Source of the DNA: an uncultured Alphaproteobacteria bacterium
GTDB lineage: Bacteria > Pseudomonadota > Alphaproteobacteria > HIMB59 > GCA-002718135
Assembly (NCBI GenBank): GCA_902596065.1
Contig: CACJSL010000001.1
Location: 48,782 to 112,781 of the forward strand
Reading direction: 5' to 3'
Length of the DNA: 64,000 nt
This document shows positions 56,820 through 64,000 of this stretch, in pieces; within the stretch, counting starts at the first letter, position 1; every line of letters begins with the position of its first letter. The position numbers were made by a program, and so were the translations under genes. Below the pieces are notes generated by a model. That model did no database searches. It was given only the letters and a program-made list of their open reading frames with translations, and had not been told where the DNA came from.

Positions 56820-58523
56820 ATGAATTTATTAAAGTTTGGCAATATTCGTAGAGGAAAAGACTCAAGTGATAGAGTTGGGCAATTTATGCTCATATCATAT
56901 ATCATTCTTTTTTTAATATTCTTAGTTTTACCCTTAGTAGCATTAATTTCAAAAAGTTTACAAAATAAAGAGGGTGAATTTATAGGTTTGGCAAACTATA
57001 ATTTATATCTTCAAGAACCAGCATTATTTCAATCACTTTTTAATAGTTTGTTTGTTGCTATTAGCTCTACAATTATAGTTGTTATATTAGCCTTTTTATT
57101 TTCATATGCGCTTACGCGTACATGTATGCCTTTTAAGGGATTTTTTAAATTAATAGCTTTAATACCTTTATTAAGTCCTTCTATTCTAGCGGCTATTGCA
57201 CTTGTGTATTGGTTTGGAAATCAAGGAGTTTTAAAAGAAGTTCTACTAGGGAAATCCATATATGGCCCAATTGGTATTATTATGGCTTCAGTCTATTGGA
57301 CTTTTCCGCATGCTCTTATAATTTTAACCACTTCTTTATCCTTATCAGACTCGCGATTATATGAGGCAGCTGAAGTATTAAAAACTTCTAAACTTAGAGC
57401 ATTTTTTACTATTACAATTCCTGGAGCAAGATATGGAATTATTAGTACTGCTTTTGTAATTTTTACCCAAGTGTTTACAGACTTTGGTGTTCCCAAAGTT
57501 ATTGGAGGAAATTACAATGTGCTTGCTACAGATATTTATAAAGAAGTTGTTGGTATGCAGAATTTTCAAATGGGAGCTGTAATCTCAATGGTTTTATTAG
57601 TTCCTGCCATGATCGCTTTTTTTATTGATCGTTATTCAAGAAAAAAACAAATTTCTTTGCTTACTGCCAGGTCAGTTGTTTTTAAGCCAAAAAAACATTT
57701 TAAAGTTGATATGATTATGCTCGCCTTTTGTTCGGCGCTAGCATTAATCATTATATTGATGATTGGGATGGCACAATATGGTGCAATAGTAAAATTTTGG
57801 CCTTACAATTTAAATCTTACTTTAAAAAATTATAATTTTGAAGTTGCTGGACTTGGGTGGGATTCTTTTTATAATTCAGTCCGATTAGCTTTTTATGCAG
57901 CAGTATTTGGGACCATTATTATTTTTGTAGGCGCTTATTTAATTGAAAAATTAAGAATTAATGAAGGGACAAGAAATGTAGTACAATTTTTTGCTCTAAT
58001 GCCCATGGCTGTACCTGGATTAGTATTAGGTCTAGCTTACATTTTTTTCTTTAACGCAAAAGACAATCCATTAAACTTTATTTATGCAACTATGATTATT
58101 TTAGTAGTTAATACTATTGTTCATTTTTATACAGTATCCCACTTAACAGCTGTAACAGCTTTAAAACAAATGGATAAAGAATTTGAATCTGTTTCCTTAT
58201 CTTTAAAAATACCTATTTATAAAATGTTTTGGCGTGTTACCTTGCCCGTTTGTTTGCCTCCTATCTTTGATGTTTCTATTTATTTATTTGTTAATGCTAT
58301 GACAACAGTTTCGGGTGTAATCTTTCTTTACTCTTATGATACTACCTTAGCGTCAGTCTCAGCTATTCATTTGGATGAACAGGGTGAAGTTGCTAAAGCG
58401 GCAGCTATGGCCATGTTAATCGTATATGTTTCTATTGCTGTGCGATTAACGCATACAATTATTACAAAAAAAATATTGAGAAAAACTCAGGCCTGGCGCT
58501 ATAATATTATTGATACAAGTTAA
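56820..58523 (+). CDS. Putative 2-aminoethylphosphonate ABC transporter permease (fused two-domain)
   Basis: 567 aa with duplicated permease domains, as in single-permease PhnU2/AepW-type systems. Confidence 0.85.
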   Translation: MNLLKFGNIRRGKDSSDRVGQFMLISYIILFLIFLVLPLVALISKSLQNKEGEFIGLANYNLYLQEPALFQSLFNSLFVAISSTIIVVILAFLFSYALTRTCMPFKGFFKLIALIPLLSPSILAAIALVYWFGNQGVLKEVLLGKSIYGPIGIIMASVYWTFPHALIILTTSLSLSDSRLYEAAEVLKTSKLRAFFTITIPGARYGIISTAFVIFTQVFTDFGVPKVIGGNYNVLATDIYKEVVGMQNFQMGAVISMVLLVPAMIAFFIDRYSRKKQISLLTARSVVFKPKKHFKVDMIMLAFCSALALIIILMIGMAQYGAIVKFWPYNLNLTLKNYNFEVAGLGWDSFYNSVRLAFYAAVFGTIIIFVGAYLIEKLRINEGTRNVVQFFALMPMAVPGLVLGLAYIFFFNAKDNPLNFIYATMIILVVNTIVHFYTVSHLTAVTALKQMDKEFESVSLSLKIPIYKMFWRVTLPVCLPPIFDVSIYLFVNAMTTVSGVIFLYSYDTTLASVSAIHLDEQGEVAKAAAMAMLIVYVSIAVRLTHTIITKKILRKTQAWRYNIIDTS

Positions 58524-58547
58524 TAGGTAAAATGGAATAATCCAATC

Positions 58548-59075
58548 ATGGCAATGCAATTAATTGATTATGTTCAACCAAAAGATGTAAAAGGAAAAAT
58601 ATTTTTAACCTGTTTTCCAGGAAGAAATGGAGAAAAAATTTCTTTTGAGGAAAATATTTTTTTAAAAGAACTAAATAATTTTTCCTCTCTAAATTCTAAT
58701 ACGGTCGTAACTTTGGTAGAGGATAATGAAATTGAAAAACTTTGTGATAAAAAGTTTTTTGTTCGAAAAATTTATTCTCATAATTTTAAATGGATACATA
58801 TGCCAATTGTAGATTTAAAATCCCCTGATCATAAATTTATGGATAAATGGCAAACAACAAAAGTATTATTAAAAAATGATTTAATAGAAGGAAAGAATAT
58901 TATTTTGCATTGTATGGGAGGCAAAGGACGTACAGGTACAATTGCCGCTATTCTCTTAATTGAGTTTGGGGAAAAACATGAAGAGGCTATAAAAATTGTT
59001 AGAGAAAAAAGAAAAGGCGCTATTGAAACAAAAGAACAAGAAGATTTTATTTTTTCTTATAGGCCTGTAGCTTAG
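58548..59075 (+). CDS. Cys-based phosphatase, dual-specificity/PTP-like (CX5R)
   Basis: HCMGGKGRTGT P-loop (HCX5R[ST]); 24 nt after the permease stop. Confidence 0.75.
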   Translation: MAMQLIDYVQPKDVKGKIFLTCFPGRNGEKISFEENIFLKELNNFSSLNSNTVVTLVEDNEIEKLCDKKFFVRKIYSHNFKWIHMPIVDLKSPDHKFMDKWQTTKVLLKNDLIEGKNIILHCMGGKGRTGTIAAILLIEFGEKHEEAIKIVREKRKGAIETKEQEDFIFSYRPVA

Positions 59076-60124
59076 TAATTTACGGTTAAATTAAAAATAT
59101 TTTGTAACACAAATAAAATTATAAAAGATATTAATGCTGCAAGGATTGGCAACAAAACCCAACCCATAGAAATTTTCCTTGCAATTGTCCATTGTACTTC
59201 TTTTCCACCTTTTAATAATCCTATACCAATTACACCACCCACGACTGCTTGAGAGCTTGATACCGGAACAAGAGGAATTGAGGGTAAATTAATTGACTGA
59301 AGAAAATTACTAATACCTTGAGAGGCAAATAGAAATAAAACGATAGAATGAGCTAGTACAACGATAAAAGCGGCTACAGGTGACATCTTTAACAAATCAT
59401 TTCCAACAGTAAACATTACTTTTTTAGAATAAGTAAAAACACCAACTGCTATAGCAATACCACCTAATAGAAAAAGTTGCTCTTTGGACGAGAAATTAAA
59501 ATCATTTAAAATATTAATATCAGTAAAAGGTGAGATAGGGACAAAAACCCCCATTACATTAGCAATGTTATTAGCTCCTAGACTGTACGCTCCAAAAGCA
59601 CCGGCTAATAAAAGAGCTGCTCTCGTATATGCGTCTAATCGCAGAATATGTAATTTTGCTTTTTGTAGAAAATTTTTTGTTATTACAAAAAAAAGCATTG
59701 AAAGCAAACCAGCAATAATAGGACATAAAACCCAAGTCCCTAAAATTGTAATTAAAACTTGAATATTGGTTGAAGATCCAGTGTACAAGTTCCATCCTAT
59801 AATAGCGCCAACAATTGCCTGCGTTGTTGAAACAGGAAGACCAGATTTTGTCATTATATATACTGAGAGTCCCGCAGCAACACATGCAGCAAAAGCTCCA
59901 GGCAATGCATTGATTGATCCGAGCTTGCCCAGTGTTTCGGTTGTTCCAGATCCACTAATAATAGCTCCTAAGATTACAAATATACTACAAACAATTGCAG
60001 CAGTTTTAAATTGTACCATGCGCGTGCCAACCGCAGTTCCAAAAACATTAGCTGCATCATTGGCTCCTAAAGACCATCCTAGAAATAATCCTCCTAAGAG
60101 AAAAATAATAATTGTTAATTCCAT
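59072..60124 (-). CDS. pit: Inorganic phosphate transporter, PiT family
   Basis: GANDAANVFGTAVGT and GANNIANVMG repeats, GLPVSTTQAIVGAIIG. Confidence 0.9.
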   Translation of the reverse strand: MELTIIIFLLGGLFLGWSLGANDAANVFGTAVGTRMVQFKTAAIVCSIFVILGAIISGSGTTETLGKLGSINALPGAFAACVAAGLSVYIMTKSGLPVSTTQAIVGAIIGWNLYTGSSTNIQVLITILGTWVLCPIIAGLLSMLFFVITKNFLQKAKLHILRLDAYTRAALLLAGAFGAYSLGANNIANVMGVFVPISPFTDINILNDFNFSSKEQLFLLGGIAIAVGVFTYSKKVMFTVGNDLLKMSPVAAFIVVLAHSIVLFLFASQGISNFLQSINLPSIPLVPVSSSQAVVGGVIGIGLLKGGKEVQWTIARKISMGWVLLPILAALISFIILFVLQNIFNLTVNY

Positions 60125-60131
60125 AAATTAA

Positions 60132-60794
60132 TTAAACTGATCTTTTGATAGCGTAGATCTGAATTTCATCTGAAATATCTTCTGCTTGATCACAAATACG
60201 ATCAATTTTTTCAACAAAATAACGTAGATGCATTTTTTGATCCAAAGAAAGATTAGAATCAAAAATTTTTCTCGCCAAAGAACTAAATTTTATATCAGAT
60301 TCTTTTTCATAAAATGTCACTTTGTGTGCATTGTCTCTAACAGATTTAATATCTCTAAAAAACGATCTTACTGTTAAACATAGTGCCTCTACACAATTTA
60401 CTACAGTCTCTGTTAAATCAATTAAATCGTCATGAAACTCTTTTGGAAAATTTGGTTTTTGAATAGAGAAATGATAACAATTACCTTGATACATTCCAAT
60501 AACTTCATCAAGATGTTCAAGAACTCTTAATACATCACTTCGAGCATCGGGAATTAATGTTTCTTCATATAAGGTGTGTTCCACTTCTTTGGTTATTTTA
60601 TCAGCCTTACTTTCCATTAATTTAACTTGTTCGACCATTTCATCGAATTTGCCATTGGCAGAACTAGATAAATATGTTGGAATAATAGACTTAAATACCA
60701 AGCCTACTTCAGAGAGAATATCAACAAATTCGTCTATTTCTCTCTCTAATTTTTTGGTTTCACCAAATAAAGATGTACTTTTTAATCCAAACAT
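60132..60794 (-). CDS. DUF47/PhoU-like phosphate transport regulator (PiT accessory)
   Basis: All-helical 220-aa protein immediately upstream of pit in the typical pairing. Confidence 0.78.
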   Translation of the reverse strand: MFGLKSTSLFGETKKLEREIDEFVDILSEVGLVFKSIIPTYLSSSANGKFDEMVEQVKLMESKADKITKEVEHTLYEETLIPDARSDVLRVLEHLDEVIGMYQGNCYHFSIQKPNFPKEFHDDLIDLTETVVNCVEALCLTVRSFFRDIKSVRDNAHKVTFYEKESDIKFSSLARKIFDSNLSLDQKMHLRYFVEKIDRICDQAEDISDEIQIYAIKRSV

Positions 60795-60921
60795 TTGGTG
60801 CTTATAGAACTTTTATTAAAAAAATAAAGCTATGTTACATTTTTGTTACAAACTCGTAGTTTTTCAAATTTTAGCAATGTATAAAATATAAAGTTTTATC
60901 ACTTTATATTAGGGAGAAAAA

Positions 60922-61152
60922 ATGAGTTCTATGTCGTTAAATCAGCTAAAGTGGTTTAGCACTGTCTTAGTTTTATTTGGTATTTTATTAACGAATTTAA
61001 ATTATTATCCTTTAAATATATTTAGTCATGGCCTTGGAGCAGTAGGATGGTGCATGGCTGGATTTATAGCAAAGGACAAGGCACTGCTAACAAATTTTGG
61101 ATTACAAATTCCTCTTTTTATAATTGGGTATTTTAACTATTTTCTTATTTAA
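60922..61152 (+). CDS. Small membrane protein (2-3 TM), unknown function
   Basis: Good SD (AGGGAGA) 7 nt upstream, hydrophobic profile. Confidence 0.45.
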   Translation: MSSMSLNQLKWFSTVLVLFGILLTNLNYYPLNIFSHGLGAVGWCMAGFIAKDKALLTNFGLQIPLFIIGYFNYFLI

Positions 61153-61210
61153 TATTTAAATAGTCATAATAAAACAATTTGTATAAAAGAGCTTTATCTA
61201 AGAAATTTCT

Positions 61211-61699
61211 ATGGAAAAATTGTGGTATAAAAAAAAATCTCGCCTACATGGATCAGGATTATTTGCTCTCAGTAATATTAAAAAAGGTGAACAAGTAATT
61301 GAATATATAGGTGACAAAGTAACTAAAAAAGAAGGCGATAAAAGAGCTGATAAACAAATAAAAAAAGCTGAAAAAAATAAAAAAAATGGAATGGTCTATG
61401 TTTTTGAGCTCAATAAAAAATATGACATTGATGGAGGAGTACCTCGAAATTATGCACGTTTTATCAATCACTCTTGTGATCCAAATTGTGAAGTAGAAAT
61501 AACCAATAATCATATTTGGATATCATCAATTAAAAGAATTAAAAAAGACGCAGAATTAACATATAATTATGGCTATCCCTTTGATAGTGATTTTGAAGAT
61601 CATATTTGTAAATGTGGATCTAAAAAATGTGTAGGGTATATTTTGAGTGATGATGACTGGCCTAAATTAAAAAAAGAATTAAAAAAGAAAAAAAAATAA
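61211..61699 (+). CDS. SET-domain protein (putative lysine methyltransferase) with post-SET Cys cluster
   Basis: SRLHGSGLFA, RFINHSCDPNC, ELTYNYGY, CKCGSKKCVGY. Confidence 0.85.
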   Translation: MEKLWYKKKSRLHGSGLFALSNIKKGEQVIEYIGDKVTKKEGDKRADKQIKKAEKNKKNGMVYVFELNKKYDIDGGVPRNYARFINHSCDPNCEVEITNNHIWISSIKRIKKDAELTYNYGYPFDSDFEDHICKCGSKKCVGYILSDDDWPKLKKELKKKKK

Positions 61700-61703
61700 T
61701 TTT

Positions 61704-62666
61704 TTAAAATCCATTTGGAATGAAAATGTAATGAATGGATAAAACAATTCCAACCGATACAGATAATCCAAAAATCATTTTTAAAAAATCTTTTCCAATT
61801 AATGGAAAAACATAACGAAGTTTATAATTTTTATTCATGGTCGCTATTGCTAATTCTCTACCGCACAGTAATCCAACAAAAACCCAAGTAGTTGACATCG
61901 GAATGTCATTATACTGTTTAAAATAGAGAAGTATTATTGCATATATAAAATCAATAATAGTTGCAGACCTAGTATATCGGGTTCCTGTTTTTGAGTAGAC
62001 TATTTTTTGAATACGCCCCCCTCTATCCCAAAAAATATAAAACAGAAGTACACTCAATAAAATAATGCAGACGATTAATAAATTTACAGGTAATTGACGT
62101 GGAAGAAAAACAGCAATATTAGCAACATCATGACTAAGCCATGTGTACCATAGAAATCCAGTTGTACACCACTGTCCAATCACCCAAGCTCTTCGGTGAT
62201 TATCTTTTACTTTATCAAATTTTTCATTAATAAAATAACTAACTGCTAACCAAACAATATAAGCAACCATAGCAGCTAAACCATAGCCAACAACTGATTT
62301 CATTAAAACTTTTTCAAGAACAACAGTTGAGGCAAAAGCAGATAGGACTAGAAAAGTTGTGGAGACAGGAATTCCAACTCTTGTAAGTATAACAAGTATT
62401 AATGGAGCAGCAGCATGGTACCATTGAATTGTTTGAAAAGGAATTTTATTGAGACGTCCAAAAGTAATATCACCATCATTAACACTCCACCCATAAATTA
62501 AGGTAAAGGCAAGTACTGTAGAGGCTGCGGTAGCTAACCAATACCATTTGAAGCGTTGGTTGGAAGCCATAAATGTACCAAGTGTTTGTACTGAGTCATT
62601 TGCAATAACTGAATATGCCGCTAGACTAAAGCCAATAATGGTATAAATTAATGTGAGGTCCATCAT
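61704..62666 (-). CDS. Divergent PiT-superfamily-like membrane protein
   Basis: Two-repeat pattern: IANDSVQTLGTF plus GIPVSTTF, then SHDVANIAVF plus DIPMSTTW. This echoes the GANDxAN and PVSTT signatures of PiT. Confidence 0.55.
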   Translation of the reverse strand: MMDLTLIYTIIGFSLAAYSVIANDSVQTLGTFMASNQRFKWYWLATAASTVLAFTLIYGWSVNDGDITFGRLNKIPFQTIQWYHAAAPLILVILTRVGIPVSTTFLVLSAFASTVVLEKVLMKSVVGYGLAAMVAYIVWLAVSYFINEKFDKVKDNHRRAWVIGQWCTTGFLWYTWLSHDVANIAVFLPRQLPVNLLIVCIILLSVLLFYIFWDRGGRIQKIVYSKTGTRYTRSATIIDFIYAIILLYFKQYNDIPMSTTWVFVGLLCGRELAIATMNKNYKLRYVFPLIGKDFLKMIFGLSVSVGIVLSIHYIFIPNGF

Positions 62667-62781
62667 TTATCTAATAATCGTGAACTAATTGAATAAAAAT
62701 AGATTCGTCTATTATTTTTTTGCATAATTAAGCCCTAAAATACATTTATACAAATCACTTATCACAATGTAAAATTGTCTT

Positions 62782-64000
62782 ATGCAGGGATTTTTCAGAT
62801 CTTTTTTTACTGTTAGTTTTTATACTTTTCTAAGTCGTATATTGGGTTTTGTCAGAGACATATTAATAGCGAGATTCCTTGGATCCACCGTAACATCTGA
62901 TGCCTTCTTTGTTGCCTTTAGAATTCCCAATTTCTTTAGACGTGTTTTAGCAGAAGGTGCCTATAGCGCCGCACTAATCCCAGTTTTTTCAGGCGTTGTT
63001 ATTGATTCCAAAAATGATCATGAAGCTGCAGACTTTGTGGAAAATACAATGTCATTGTTACTATTTGTTACGGTAATTTTAACCTTCATTTTCTTTTTTG
63101 GCATGCCGTATATTATTCAAGTTTTAGCTCCTGGATTTTCGGCAAACAAAGAAGCATTTGATTTAGCTGTTCATTTTGGAAAAATTATTTTTCCGTATTT
63201 AATTTTTATTTCCCTCGTTGCCCATTTTGCCTCTATTAATAATGTTCACGGAAAATTTGTAGCAGGTGCTTTTGCTCCCGCTATTTTAAATATTAGTCTT
63301 ATTCTTTCTCTTTTTATTTTAACTCCTCAACTCTCTACAGCTGGTCATGCTTTATCATATGGTGTTTTGATTGGAGGGTTATTCCAATTTATTTATTTAT
63401 ATAAAGCGGTATTAAAATTTTATCGTCCTCGTATTCGTATCCCGCACTTTGATAAAAAATTAAAAAAATTTTTACGTTTATTTTTTCCAGGATTAATTGG
63501 TTCAGGTGTCATACAATTAAATATTGTTATTGGAACAATTATAGCATCCTTTCTTCCAATAGGAGCCATTAGTCATATTTATTATGCAGACCGGTTAAAT
63601 CAATTACCACTAGCCATTTTTGGTATTGCCATGGGCATTGTTCTTTTACCAAGTTTATCAAAGGCGATTAAACAAAATAACAAAGAGGAAATTACTACAA
63701 CACAAAATAGATCCTTAGAATTTTGTTTGTTAATAGCCTTACCTTCAGCAGCTGGATTATATATTTTATCTTCTCCTATTATTTATATTTTATTTGAGCG
63801 AGGTGCTTTTTTGCCAGAGGATACTTTTTATACTGCTAAGGTGCTATCGATATTTGCCCTTGGGCTGCCTGCTTATATTTTAATTAAAGTGTTAGTTACT
63901 TGTTTTTTTGCAAGAGAAGACACCAAAACGCCTCTTTATATTTCAGTGATCAGTGTCATAATTAATATTGTTTTATCTCTCTTATTAATAGGAACAATGC
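62782..64000 (+). CDS. murJ: Lipid II flippase MurJ (MviN), 3' end beyond the window
   Basis: My translation from ATG 62782: MQGFFRSFFTVSFYTFLSRILGFVRDILIARFLGSTVTSDAFFVAFRIPNFFRRVLAEGA. Open to the window end, so absent from the ORF track. Confidence 0.9.
   Translation, partial: MQGFFRSFFTVSFYTFLSRILGFVRDILIARFLGSTVTSDAFFVAFRIPNFFRRVLAEGAYSAALIPVFSGVVIDSKNDHEAADFVENTMSLLLFVTVILTFIFFFGMPYIIQVLAPGFSANKEAFDLAVHFGKIIFPYLIFISLVAHFASINNVHGKFVAGAFAPAILNISLILSLFILTPQLSTAGHALSYGVLIGGLFQFIYLYKAVLKFYRPRIRIPHFDKKLKKFLRLFFPGLIGSGVIQLNIVIGTIIASFLPIGAISHIYYADRLNQLPLAIFGIAMGIVLLPSLSKAIKQNNKEEITTTQNRSLEFCLLIALPSAAGLYILSSPIIYILFERGAFLPEDTFYTAKVLSIFALGLPAYILIKVLVTCFFAREDTKTPLYISVISVIINIVLSLLLIGTM

Noticed and set aside
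59484-60131. Three sizeable ORFs (59484-59762 +, 59571-59885 -, 59766-60131 +) overlapping the pit gene
   Set aside because: They lie antisense or out of frame inside a gene with unmistakable PiT signatures, and their products are low-complexity with no motifs. The same applies to other shadow ORFs in the track: 984-1217, 1718-2035, 4626-4829, 8658-8879, 9891-10166, 13266-13559, 19186-19467, 23607-23870, 33398-33643, 41220-41717, 45669-45941, 47551-47787, 51239-51532, 52215-52496, 57293-57569 and 61259-61513.
1-64000. Searched by eye for CRISPR arrays, tandem repeats, tRNA/rRNA genes, integrases, transposases, toxin-antitoxin pairs and defence-system hallmarks
   Set aside because: None were found. 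All intergenic regions are short and AT-rich with no GC-rich structured-RNA-like segments, and every long ORF has a metabolic, transport or housekeeping assignment.

Overview
Strongly AT-rich, very gene-dense chromosomal segment. Many neighbouring genes overlap by 1-40 nt and intergenic spacers are tiny. Gene content (alphaproteobacterial-type RpoH, proteorhodopsin, many periplasmic binding proteins, almost no regulators) points to a streamlined marine alphaproteobacterium, SAR11/Pelagibacterales-like; this taxonomic call is inference.

I saw no rRNA, tRNA, CRISPR array, transposase or integrase.

Layout from left to right:
- 1-3.4 kb: envelope glycosylation trio.
- 3.4-10.6 kb: housekeeping genes (ribA, hisI, hemB, thrS, cysS, rpoH).
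- 10.8-12.3 kb: blue-tuned proteorhodopsin overlapping an atypical SDR.
- 12.7-16.9 kb: compact pabB-pabA-pabC-folP-folB-folK operon.
- 17.6-20.8 kb: nucleoside salvage (cdd, PNP, deoA).
- 20.8-21.3 kb: hsp20 with a sigma-32 promoter and a ROSE-like RNA thermometer.
- 22.8-24.1 kb: metal-related gene pair.
- 24.8-31 kb: iron-uptake locus.
- 31.8-33.8 kb: add and an adenosine kinase.
- 36.6-38.1 kb: msrPQ.
- About 40-62.7 kb: a phosphorus-scavenging island.

The island is the most interesting part. It holds the phosphonoacetate route for 2-aminoethylphosphonate (phnW, phnY, phnA), an orphan PhnZ-type HD oxygenase, a 2-AEP ABC transporter, and a split UgpBAEC-like transporter bracketing phnA-phnY. 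It also holds a GpdQ-type diesterase, PiT/PhoU-like genes, and several enzymes with no role in described phosphonate pathways: a MetE-like Zn enzyme, an iron alcohol dehydrogenase, an AllA-like cupin and a CX5R phosphatase. I read these as a candidate undescribed extension of phosphonate catabolism.
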